Part shown: one piece after another, positions 24,645-32,000 of the stretch
How positions within the stretch are numbered: the stretch's first letter is position 1
How the letters are laid out: every line of letters begins with the position of its first letter
From: Nitrososphaeria archaeon
Lineage (GTDB): Archaea; Thermoproteota; Nitrososphaeria; Geothermarchaeales; JDFR-13
Assembly (NCBI GenBank): GCA_027078545.1
Contig: JALWXN010000004.1
Coordinates: 705,100 to 737,099 of the forward strand
Direction of reading: 5' to 3'
DNA length: 32,000 nucleotides
Program-made: the position numbers and the translations under genes
Notes under the pieces: model-generated
What the model was told of the DNA's origin: nothing
Databases searched by the model: none
Seen by the model: only the letters and a program-made list of their open reading frames with translations

Positions 24645-25913
24645 ATGGGGGATAGGTTCGACGTAGTGGTGATCGGGGCGGGGCCGGCTGGCTCCTCAGC
24701 AGCATACAACCTTGCGAAGAGGGGCTTCAAGGTCGCCCTGATAGAGAGGGGGCGGAAGCCCGGCTCCAAGAACATGTTTGGGGGGCGTGTATATGCAAAG
24801 CCCCTGGAGGAGGCCTTCGACGGCCTGGATAAGGCGCCTATCCATAGGTGGGTGGTGAAGGAGCGGCTATCGATAGTGAATGGGGAGGAGTACGTCACCC
24901 TCGAGTATAGTGGTAGTGGGGGGAAGAGCTTCACCACATACCTGACCGACCTCACAGACTGGATGGCCAGCAAGGCGGTCGATGCTGGTGCAACCCTGAT
25001 CACAGAGGTGGTCGTGGATAGGCTCCTGATTAGGGATGGACGCGTCGCAGGGATCGTCTCAGGCAGTGACGAGCTGGAGGCTGATGTGGTGGTCGATGCC
25101 GAGGGGGTTAATAGGCTCGTGCTCGAGAAGAGCGGCCTCGTTGAGAGGCTTACACCTAGGCATGTAGCCCTCGGTGTGAAGGAGGTGATCAAGGTTGAGA
25201 AGGGGGATATCGAGAAATTCTTCGGCCTCGGTGAGGATGAGGGCCTCGCCTGGGTATTCATGGGTAGTGTGAGCGACGGCCTCCCCGGGGGCGGCTTCTT
25301 CTACACGAATAGGGATAGCCTGAGCCTAGGCCTAGTAATCTATCTCGAGAAGGCTGTGGAGGGGATGAAGCGGCATATCTACGACATGGTGGAGGATCTT
25401 AGGATAGGCCCCCTATTCAGCAAGTATGTTGAGAATGGTAGGGTGATGGAGTACTCGGCCCACATGATACCAGCCGATCCAAGGGCTATCAGGCCTCCAC
25501 GCCTGGTCTGGGACGGCCTCCTAGTTACCGGTGACGCCGCCGGCCTACTCATAAACATGGGCTATACCTACCGCGGAGTCGATACAGCCGCCTATTCAGG
25601 CATGTTGGCCGCCAAGGCTATTGAGGAGGCGGAGGGGGATTACAGCGCCTCCAGCCTAAAAAGGTATGAGGAGATGCTTATGAAGAGCTATGTGGGACGT
25701 GACCTAGAGAAGTTCAAGGGTGTCCACGACCTATACATGAACCCGAGGCTCTTCAAGGAGTACCCCATCCTCCTAACCGGCCTCCTCAGGAGGCTATACG
25801 AGTTCGACTATGGTGGGTATAGGCTATCCGAGGCCTTCTCCGAGGCTAGGAGAGGCCTTGTGAGCCTACCCCGTATAATACTCGACCTCTTGGAGGTGTA
25901 TAGGAAGCTATGA
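24645..25913 (+). CDS. fixC: Electron-transfer-flavoprotein:quinone oxidoreductase FixC (FAD-dependent)
   Basis: N-terminal FAD dinucleotide fold DVVVIGAGPAGSSAA, GD motif VTGDAAG, and an ATGA overlap with a FixX-type ferredoxin gene, followed by etfB/etfA. Confidence 0.9.
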   Translation: MGDRFDVVVIGAGPAGSSAAYNLAKRGFKVALIERGRKPGSKNMFGGRVYAKPLEEAFDGLDKAPIHRWVVKERLSIVNGEEYVTLEYSGSGGKSFTTYLTDLTDWMASKAVDAGATLITEVVVDRLLIRDGRVAGIVSGSDELEADVVVDAEGVNRLVLEKSGLVERLTPRHVALGVKEVIKVEKGDIEKFFGLGEDEGLAWVFMGSVSDGLPGGGFFYTNRDSLSLGLVIYLEKAVEGMKRHIYDMVEDLRIGPLFSKYVENGRVMEYSAHMIPADPRAIRPPRLVWDGLLVTGDAAGLLINMGYTYRGVDTAAYSGMLAAKAIEEAEGDYSASSLKRYEEMLMKSYVGRDLEKFKGVHDLYMNPRLFKEYPILLTGLLRRLYEFDYGGYRLSEAFSEARRGLVSLPRIILDLLEVYRKL

Positions 25914-26218
25914 GTAGCCAGGCAGCTGGGGAGAGGAAGAGGAGGAAGATCAGGCTTGAGGATCTCCTGAACAATAATATATGGGACGTCGATCCAAGGC
26001 CACATATTAGGCTGGACACCTCGAAGTGTAGGGACTGTAACTATAAGCCCTGTGTACTCCTATGCCCCACCGGCTGCTACACGACACATGGTGACGACGT
26101 CCTCTTCAGCTATGAGGGGTGTGTGGAGTGTGGAACCTGTAGGGTGGTATGCCCAGAGGAGGCTATCACCTGGGAATACCCCAGGAGTGGGCGTGGGATA
26201 CACTTCCGCTTCAGCTAG
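25910..26218 (+). CDS. fixX: FixX ferredoxin-like protein
   Basis: 102 aa with CxxxxxxCxxxCP-like and CVECGTCRVVCP clusters. The size and position between fixC and the etf genes are typical. Confidence 0.9.
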   Translation: MSSQAAGERKRRKIRLEDLLNNNIWDVDPRPHIRLDTSKCRDCNYKPCVLLCPTGCYTTHGDDVLFSYEGCVECGTCRVVCPEEAITWEYPRSGRGIHFRFS

Positions 26219-26287
26219 TATATACCAATCCATCAACCGGGTGGAGAGACAATGATATGGATTAGGGTCTGGGGGAGGTAGTCCGAG

Positions 26288-27082
26288 GTGGGGCTGGACA
26301 TCATAGTCGGTATCAAATACGTCCCCAACACGACGAATGTCAACATCGATCCCAAGACGGGTACACTCGTGAGGGAAGGCGTGCCCAGCGTGGTGAATCC
26401 CCATGACCTCGTGGCTGTGGAGCTGGCCCTACGCCTACGCGACCGCTACGGGGGGAGCGTGACAGCCATATCTATGGCTCCTCCCCACGCAGTTGCTGGT
26501 CTTGAGCATGTCCTAGGCATGGGTGTAGACAGGGCTATACTAGTCTCCGACAGGGTATTCGCGGGGGCTGATACACTGGCGACCTCATATGTACTGGCTA
26601 AGACGATCGAGAGGATTGGGAGGTATGACCTGATAGTCATGGGTCAGGAGACCATCGACAGCTCCACAGGCCATATAGGGGCGCAGGTCGCCTCGTGGCT
26701 AGACCTTCCATACGTCTACTACGCGATAGAGGTTGAGTATACCGGGGACGGCTTCATCGTGACCCGTGAGCTGGAGGATAGGATAGAGAAGTATCGGCTC
26801 TCGAAGCCCGCGTTGATCTCGGCTAAGATGTACTCCCTGGAGCCTAGACAGGTGACGCTTAGGGATAAGCTCAGGGCAGTACTCGAGAGGCCTATTGAGA
26901 CGTGGAGCAATAAGGACCTAGGCCTAGACCCCAACTGTGTAGGGCTGAGGGGGAGCCCAACAATAGTCTCGAAGGTGGAGTTCACGCCGAAGGTCCCCAG
27001 GAAGAACATCATCTTCGAGGGGGATCTCCGGGAAGCCGTTAGGAAGCTTGTCCAGGCCCTGGTCGAGGAGGGGGTGATATAG
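26288..27082 (+). CDS. etfB: Electron transfer flavoprotein beta subunit (FixA/EtfB)
   Basis: GTG start after a GGGGGAGG Shine-Dalgarno sequence. The N-terminus IIVGIKYVPN..., the block DLIVMGQETIDSSTGHIGAQVASWL and the 264-aa length are typical of EtfB. Confidence 0.9.
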   Translation: MGLDIIVGIKYVPNTTNVNIDPKTGTLVREGVPSVVNPHDLVAVELALRLRDRYGGSVTAISMAPPHAVAGLEHVLGMGVDRAILVSDRVFAGADTLATSYVLAKTIERIGRYDLIVMGQETIDSSTGHIGAQVASWLDLPYVYYAIEVEYTGDGFIVTRELEDRIEKYRLSKPALISAKMYSLEPRQVTLRDKLRAVLERPIETWSNKDLGLDPNCVGLRGSPTIVSKVEFTPKVPRKNIIFEGDLREAVRKLVQALVEEGVI

Positions 27083-28129
27083 ATGTCCGAGCCGAGGTGT
27101 AGCGAATGGTCACCACTCAAGGAGGGTGTCTTCAGGGGTGTCTGGGTCTATCTTGAGGTGGTGGATGGAGAGATTCATGAGGCTAGTCTACAGCTCCTAT
27201 CCAAGGCCCGTGAGGTGGCCGATATCCTGGAGACCTATGTAGGTGGGGTACTTATTGGTAGCGGGGTCTCCCACCTCGCCGAGACTGCCTGGGAGTATGG
27301 CGTGGACAAGGTATTCCTCGTCGATGACGAGAGGCTTGAGAAGTATTCCCCACCGCTGTATGGCTATGTCGTCTCGGAGCTCTGTAGGGAGTATAGGCCT
27401 GAGGGCCTACTAGTGGCTGGTACACTGAGGGGTAGGGAGCTCGCCCCAAACATAGCGAACAACCTGAAGACCGGTATAACTGCTGATCTAACCATGGTCT
27501 CGGTGGATAAGGAGACGAGGGACATCATACTGATCAGGCCCCCCTTCGGTGCCTATATGCTAGCCCATATCAAGACGAGGTGGGGGAAGCCGGTGATGGG
27601 GAGTGTCAGGCCCAATGTATTCCCAATGCCTGAGAGAGAACCTGGTAGGAAGGGTGAGCTGGTGGAGTATAGCCTCGGCGAGCTTCCCAGCTATGGTGTC
27701 GAGCTCCTAGAGACTAGGAGGATCGAGAAGGCCGAGGAGATACCTATCGAGAAGGCCCGTGTAATAGTCGCTGGTGGGAAGGGGCTGGGTAGTAAGGAGG
27801 GCTTCAAACTACTGGAGGAGCTGGCGAACCTACTTGGGGGAGTCGTCGGTGGGAGTAGGAAGGCTGTGGACGCTGGGTGGATAAGCCATGATAGGCAGAT
27901 TGGGCAGACTGGGAAGACGGTGAAGCCAGACCTCTACATAGCCGTGGGTATAAGCGGGGCTGCCCAGCACATCTTCGGGATTAGGGAGGCGAAGATAATC
28001 GTCGCGATAAATATCGACCGCTACGCCCCGATATTCGAGAACGCGGACTACGGCATTGTGGGCGACTATAGAGAGGTTATACCCCTCCTTATAGAGGAGA
28101 TAAAGAGGGTCAGGATGGAGCTCAGGTAG
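27083..28129 (+). CDS. etfA: Electron transfer flavoprotein alpha subunit (FixB/EtfA)
   Basis: Starts immediately after the etfB stop. The C-terminal FAD-binding block is VVGGSRKAVDAGW...QIGQTGKTVKPDLYIAVGISGAAQH. Confidence 0.9.
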   Translation: MSEPRCSEWSPLKEGVFRGVWVYLEVVDGEIHEASLQLLSKAREVADILETYVGGVLIGSGVSHLAETAWEYGVDKVFLVDDERLEKYSPPLYGYVVSELCREYRPEGLLVAGTLRGRELAPNIANNLKTGITADLTMVSVDKETRDIILIRPPFGAYMLAHIKTRWGKPVMGSVRPNVFPMPEREPGRKGELVEYSLGELPSYGVELLETRRIEKAEEIPIEKARVIVAGGKGLGSKEGFKLLEELANLLGGVVGGSRKAVDAGWISHDRQIGQTGKTVKPDLYIAVGISGAAQHIFGIREAKIIVAINIDRYAPIFENADYGIVGDYREVIPLLIEEIKRVRMELR

Positions 28130-28131
28130 GG

Positions 28132-29049
28132 CTAGGAGACGAGCTCCCTAAGCAGGTTCTCAAGCCCCGATCCACAGCTCTCCGCCAGTCTATAGACAGG
28201 GCTCTCCACGTCGTCTATCAATGTTCCTGAGAAGCGGAGTATCCTCGTGGCGAGTAGGAGCTTGGCAAGCTCACCAGTCATTATGGGTAGATCGGCTAGG
28301 TGGTCCACCATGAGGACGTACTCCTCCCTGTCAGAGTTCGTCCCCACGAGGTAGACGCTATTGATCGTCTTGAGGGCATCATCGACTATACGTCCATTCT
28401 CCAGTAGATCCATCATCGTCTTGTAGAGCCCCTGGTTATAGGCTAGGCCGCCCATCCTGAGCCTGGCCACAACATCTATCCCAATATCCTCGAAGGGGTT
28501 TATAGCCCTCCAGTCCACCGTCCCTGTTGATCCCTGGGGTTCACCATCACCATGTATCACTAGGCGCCACCCACCCCTGATCCTGTTCTCCACCGCGAAG
28601 AGGTCGCGTACAACCCTCTCCAACACCCCTGATGCATAGGTGTTGCTCAGGTATAGCGTCGCCTCCACCTCCTCCTCAACAAGGTCTGAGAGGGGCTTCA
28701 CAAGCTCCATGTAGAGATACTGGTCTAGGGAGACCCTTCCCTTGAACCTCCCGGTGAACCCCGTCTCTGGGCATCTATACTCCCCCGTTACAGGGTATAC
28801 AATCACCCTGTAGTCGAAGCTGTTCTCCAGGCGGTATATAATGTCTTCATAGACGCCCCAGGCCGAGTATATCACGTTCTTATACTCGAACATGTGGAGC
28901 TCAGCCACCGCCACGTTATGTATGGCGGCGTCCTCACCCACGACTAGGATTATATAGTCCGGCTCCAGGCTGGAGAGGACCTCATCCAGCCTATGCCTAA
29001 GCTTGTGTACCTCCTCATCAGTCGCTATGGATCCTATGAAGAGCTTCAT
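28132..29049 (-). CDS. Hypothetical protein, no family recognised
   Basis: Long ORF with normal composition. ATG 29049 (MKLFIGS...) lies about 31 nt from the TATA-like TTATAAATATA at 29075-29085. The ORF track extends to 29160, which would overlap the divergent gene by 40 nt. Confidence 0.5.
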   Translation of the reverse strand: MKLFIGSIATDEEVHKLRHRLDEVLSSLEPDYIILVVGEDAAIHNVAVAELHMFEYKNVIYSAWGVYEDIIYRLENSFDYRVIVYPVTGEYRCPETGFTGRFKGRVSLDQYLYMELVKPLSDLVEEEVEATLYLSNTYASGVLERVVRDLFAVENRIRGGWRLVIHGDGEPQGSTGTVDWRAINPFEDIGIDVVARLRMGGLAYNQGLYKTMMDLLENGRIVDDALKTINSVYLVGTNSDREEYVLMVDHLADLPIMTGELAKLLLATRILRFSGTLIDDVESPVYRLAESCGSGLENLLRELVS

Positions 29050-29074
29050 AGGATTGTGAATCCCAGGATATACG

Positions 29075-29085
29075 TTATAAATATA
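29075..29085. promoter_or_regulatory. TATA-like element in a divergent intergenic region
   Basis: TTATAAATATA lies between the divergent starts 29049 (-) and 29121 (+). The spacing fits a leaderless minus-strand transcript best. Confidence 0.3.
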
Positions 29086-29120
29086 GTCGGCGGGAGAAAT
29101 CAGTATGCCAGGGATGAGTA

Positions 29121-29831
29121 ATGGTATTATACACAACCCTATCAAGGGGCTCCTCCACATCTATAGGGGGGCAGAGGATAGAGCTTAGGGATGGGGATCC
29201 ACCCAGGTACGTGAGGGATGGTTATGAGGTACTTCTAGCGGGGATAGATAGGCTCCTCATACACCCCGCACCGCCGATCTACCTACCGATACTAGGGCTT
29301 TTCAGGCATGTGATGATACCGATAAAGCCGGCAGTAATAGTGGGGCCTAAGGCGGAGATAGAGGTTGTCAGGAGGGTGGTCACGGATATAGCCGTCTCCA
29401 CCCCTACAGAGGAGGTCGAGTATGTCGACGTCTTCCCCCTCAGGACGCCTAAGATGGCTGTATATGGTAGGACTGCCGACGGCCTACTCTGTAGATACAT
29501 GTTCCCCGGCGAGGGGCCGGGCACTGTTGAGGTTAGGCTCAGGATCAGGAGTGACTGTAGACATCCCGTGACGCTCAGCAGGATAGTTGTCCCCACATCA
29601 CTATTCCGAATCTTCTACGCACCTGAGAGTGATAGGGCGGTGACAGCCCCACTAGACGTTACATTGGAGTGTGACGTCGCTGTGATAAGGGCTGGTGATG
29701 AGCCTGAGGACATGGTCCCAATACCGCTGGAGACGGAGAGGATGTTGACGAGGAGGATGCAGGTGGAGCCGAGGATACTGCGTACCGTTTTAGCACATGT
29801 CGAGGAGTTTATTATGGATAGGGGGTATTGA
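29121..29831 (+). CDS. Hypothetical protein, no family confidently recognised
   Basis: 236-aa ORF ending 3 nt before the MscS start, so it is probably co-transcribed. It is beta-rich and soluble-looking. Confidence 0.5.
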   Translation: MVLYTTLSRGSSTSIGGQRIELRDGDPPRYVRDGYEVLLAGIDRLLIHPAPPIYLPILGLFRHVMIPIKPAVIVGPKAEIEVVRRVVTDIAVSTPTEEVEYVDVFPLRTPKMAVYGRTADGLLCRYMFPGEGPGTVEVRLRIRSDCRHPVTLSRIVVPTSLFRIFYAPESDRAVTAPLDVTLECDVAVIRAGDEPEDMVPIPLETERMLTRRMQVEPRILRTVLAHVEEFIMDRGY

Positions 29832-29834
29832 GGC

Positions 29835-30647
29835 ATGGCCAACATAGAGATCTTGGGCTTCCAGCTACCCTTCACATATCAACAGCTCTACAGCGGGGTA
29901 GTGACACTGGCATTCTTCGCGGTTCTAGGACTCATACTACGGGTAATCCTCTACAGGTATGGTGTCCGTGTCCTCCCCAAGAAGATCGCCGAGAGCATAT
30001 CGAACACCGTATTCTACATACTGATCTTCATAGGCGTCCTGGGCCTACTGGGCAACCTAGGTGTAGACCCAACCAGCCTCGTGGTTGCCGGCGGCATAGC
30101 CGGACTAGCAATCGGCTTCGCCAGTAGGACGGTTGTCTCCAACCTCTTGAGCGGGATCTTCCTATACATCGATAGGCCGATTAAGGAGGGCGACCCAGTC
30201 GAGGTCGAGGGAGTCGGAGGAGTAGTGGAGGATATAAACGTACTCTCCACGAGGATAACCAGCTGGGACGGCGTCTTCCACAGGATACCCAATGAGAAGG
30301 TGTTCACCACCATTATAAAGAACTTCAGCAAGACCACGGCTAGGAGGGTGGAGTATAAGATAGGCATCTCGTATAAGGACGATGTAGACAAGGCGAGGGA
30401 GATCATCTATAGGGTCATCGATGAGGAGCCCTTGGCACTGGTGGAACCGGGTCCACAGGTCTTCCTAGAGAGCCTGGGAGACTCGGCCCAGATACTGGCC
30501 GTCAGGTTCTGGGCACCCACTCCACAGTGGTTCACGGCGAAGACGAAGGTGTTGCAGAGGATTAAGGAGGCCTTCGACAGGGAGGGTATAGAGATACCGT
30601 TCCCGAGGAGGGTTGTCTATATAAAGGATGAGAGGGATATGGCCTAG
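29835..30647 (+). CDS. Small-conductance mechanosensitive channel (MscS family)
   Basis: Three TM helices followed by the MscS core GIAGLAIGFASRTVVSNLLSGIFLYIDRPIKEGDPVEV..G.VEDINVLSTRI...DG....IPN. Confidence 0.9.
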   Translation: MANIEILGFQLPFTYQQLYSGVVTLAFFAVLGLILRVILYRYGVRVLPKKIAESISNTVFYILIFIGVLGLLGNLGVDPTSLVVAGGIAGLAIGFASRTVVSNLLSGIFLYIDRPIKEGDPVEVEGVGGVVEDINVLSTRITSWDGVFHRIPNEKVFTTIIKNFSKTTARRVEYKIGISYKDDVDKAREIIYRVIDEEPLALVEPGPQVFLESLGDSAQILAVRFWAPTPQWFTAKTKVLQRIKEAFDREGIEIPFPRRVVYIKDERDMA

Positions 30648-31090
30648 ATAGTCAGCCTCTTAACCGCCTCGACCTCGACCTCGGACCCGTCGTCGAACAT
30701 TAGTATTACGCGGAGCCTATCCTCATCGGCTACGCGGGCACCCTTAAACATTATGTGGTAGCCACCCCTCTCAAGCCTGATCTCCCCACCCGGGGAGGCG
30801 CATACCCTCTCGACAGGCCTCATCATCTCGACTCCTCCGCTACTCACCGTCTCGTGGAGAGTTACCTTCGCCTCGGGATAGTCCGGGAGCCTAGCCCCCA
30901 CCAGGCATATCTCCTTGTCCAGCCCATTCCTAATAATCATGAAGACTCCACCACCGTCGGGGGTGGCCGTGAAATAGGGATCCTCAACTGATATCCCACC
31001 ACCCGTCCCGAGCTCCAACGTTATGTAGACCAGGATTGCGAGGGCCGCGATAAGCGCCACTACTAGGGTGAGCCGCTGCCTCTCAATCAT
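30644..31090 (-). CDS. PCu(A)C-type periplasmic copper chaperone (DUF461), membrane-anchored
   Basis: N-terminal TM, then an exact match to the H(M)-x10-M-x21-H-x-M copper motif: HETVSSGGVEMM-(21 residues)-HIM. Confidence 0.8.
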   Translation of the reverse strand: MIERQRLTLVVALIAALAILVYITLELGTGGGISVEDPYFTATPDGGGVFMIIRNGLDKEICLVGARLPDYPEAKVTLHETVSSGGVEMMRPVERVCASPGGEIRLERGGYHIMFKGARVADEDRLRVILMFDDGSEVEVEAVKRLTI

Positions 31091-31233
31091 AATATTACAC
31101 CCTTCACGAACCCATCTAAACCCTATGTCACCGTTATTACTCGTGGGTATAGATAATTATGACGCCTCGGAACTATTGGCCGTGGGTTAATCAATTCTGG
31201 GGCTGGCCTATAATTATGTATTAGTGAGCCGGG

Positions 31234-32000
31234 GTGGATGTATACCAGGATCTACGTAGGATGCTCGGTGGCTCCAAGGTCTCTAGGGATCCCTTCATCC
31301 TAGGCCTCCACACCAGGGACGCCGCTTACCTTAGGGGGGAGGCCGATGCCGTGGTATATCCCGAGTCGGTAGATGATGTTAGGCGTGTAGTTAGGTACTG
31401 TTACGAGACTGGTACACCACTGTATCCACAGGGTGGTAGCAGCGAGTTGACTGGCTCCTCCATACCTGAGGGAGGCGTCGTCATGAGCATGATACGTATG
31501 AGGCGTGTCTTGGAGTCCTCCCCCGGCGATGGATATATATATGTGGAGCCTGGGATCCGGCTGGTCGAGGTTAATATGGAGCTGGCAGGCACAGGGATGT
31601 TCTTCCCCATAGACCCTGCAAGTATAAAGACAGCCACGGTGGGTGGAGCCGTCTCGACCGGCGCGGGTGGGCTGAGAGGCTTTAAATACGGCTTGATGAG
31701 GGACTGGGTACTGGGTCTTGACCTAGTCCTGCCCGACGAGGAGGCGAGCCTACTCAGGCTTAGCTATAAGACCCTGAAGAGCCGTGAGGGATACGACCTG
31801 GTGAGGCTGATAGTTGGTAGTGAGGGGACACTAGCCATAGTTGTGGGCGCCGTCCTGAGGCTGGCACCGGTACAGGGAGACCTCTCCACAGTAGCGGCTC
31901 TATACGACTCCCTAGAGGATCTAGTCGAGACGGTTATCCGGCTCAGGTCCTCGGGGCTCGACCTAAGTATACTCGAGTTCGTCGATAGGAACACCGTGGC
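31234..32000 (+). CDS. FAD-linked oxidase (GlcD / D-lactate dehydrogenase family), 3'-partial at the window edge
   Basis: Not in the ORF track because no stop falls within the window. My translation from GTG 31234 (alternative ATG 31261) is below.
- ...AVVYPESVDDVRRVVRYCYETGTPLYPQGGSSELTGSSIPEGGVVMSM...VEPGIRLVEVNMELAGTGMFFPIDPAS...ATVGGAVSTGAGGLRGFKYG...GSEGTLAIVVGAVLRL
This is the PCMH-type FAD-binding domain pattern. Confidence 0.85.
   Translation, partial: MDVYQDLRRMLGGSKVSRDPFILGLHTRDAAYLRGEADAVVYPESVDDVRRVVRYCYETGTPLYPQGGSSELTGSSIPEGGVVMSMIRMRRVLESSPGDGYIYVEPGIRLVEVNMELAGTGMFFPIDPASIKTATVGGAVSTGAGGLRGFKYGLMRDWVLGLDLVLPDEEASLLRLSYKTLKSREGYDLVRLIVGSEGTLAIVVGAVLRLAPVQGDLSTVAALYDSLEDLVETVIRLRSSGLDLSILEFVDRNTV

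Noticed and set aside
24575-25261. 228-aa minus-strand ORF, the longest unassigned ORF in the track
   Set aside because: It lies entirely antisense to the well-supported fixC gene. Its product is low-complexity Ser/Thr/Pro/Arg-rich with no motifs, typical of an antisense frame in a GC-biased, AGG-rich gene.
29828-30127. 99-aa plus-strand ORF rich in Arg/Pro/His overlapping the MscS gene
   Set aside because: It is an alternative frame of the MscS coding sequence, which has strong family motifs. Its composition is typical of an off-frame read.
1-32000. Scan for CRISPR arrays, tRNA/rRNA genes, IS elements/transposases, integrases, toxin-antitoxin pairs and recognisable defence genes
   Set aside because: I saw no regularly spaced direct repeats, no T-loop/acceptor-stem-like structures in the intergenic gaps, no transposase/integrase-like ORFs and no terminal inverted repeats. 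This was an inspection by eye, so short or degenerate elements could have been missed.

Overview
This window looks like a gene-dense chromosomal segment of a hyperthermophilic crenarchaeote. That assignment is inferred only from AGG/ATA/CTA-rich codon usage, GTG/TTG starts, TATA-like boxes about 30 nt upstream of start codons, oligo-T terminators and archaeal-type protein families. About 36 protein genes are supported, including a 3'-partial FAD-linked oxidase gene (31234 to the window end) that is missing from the ORF track. I saw no rRNA, tRNA, CRISPR array or IS element. Recognisable content: an M1 aminopeptidase with a HEAT-repeat tail, a metallophosphoesterase, an MDR oxidoreductase and a HAD hydrolase. 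There is also a dCMP deaminase, an S12 beta-lactamase-fold peptidase, a MarC-family protein, an ABC-2 exporter (ATPase plus two permeases) and a CofE-like ligase. The rest is fixC-fixX-etfB-etfA, an MscS channel and a PCu(A)C copper chaperone. Four loci deserve a second look. (1) 5211-7388: two secreted, sequon-rich proteins share a conserved mature N-terminus and are followed by a SipW/Sec11-type signal peptidase, suggesting a TasA/bundling-pilus/thread/cannula-like filament operon. (2) 9983-13293: a translationally coupled operon of two thiolase-fold paralogs plus two DUF35 zinc-ribbon/OB proteins. Both paralogs have lost the nucleophilic Cys, the HDCF Cys and the GHP His. (3) 17671-19765: a heme-copper-oxidase-like subunit II/I pair. 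Subunit II has lost all CuA ligands except His/Met, and subunit I has no helix-VI His-Tyr (LDLIAD replaces GHPxVY). It is flanked by a Cys4-containing HTH_10 regulator, and an intact orphan CuA cupredoxin and a PCu(A)C chaperone lie elsewhere in the window. (4) 2520-2584: a candidate C/D-box sRNA with exact 12-nt guide spacing and compensatory C/D substitutions. All functional calls come from motif reading by eye; no database search was possible.
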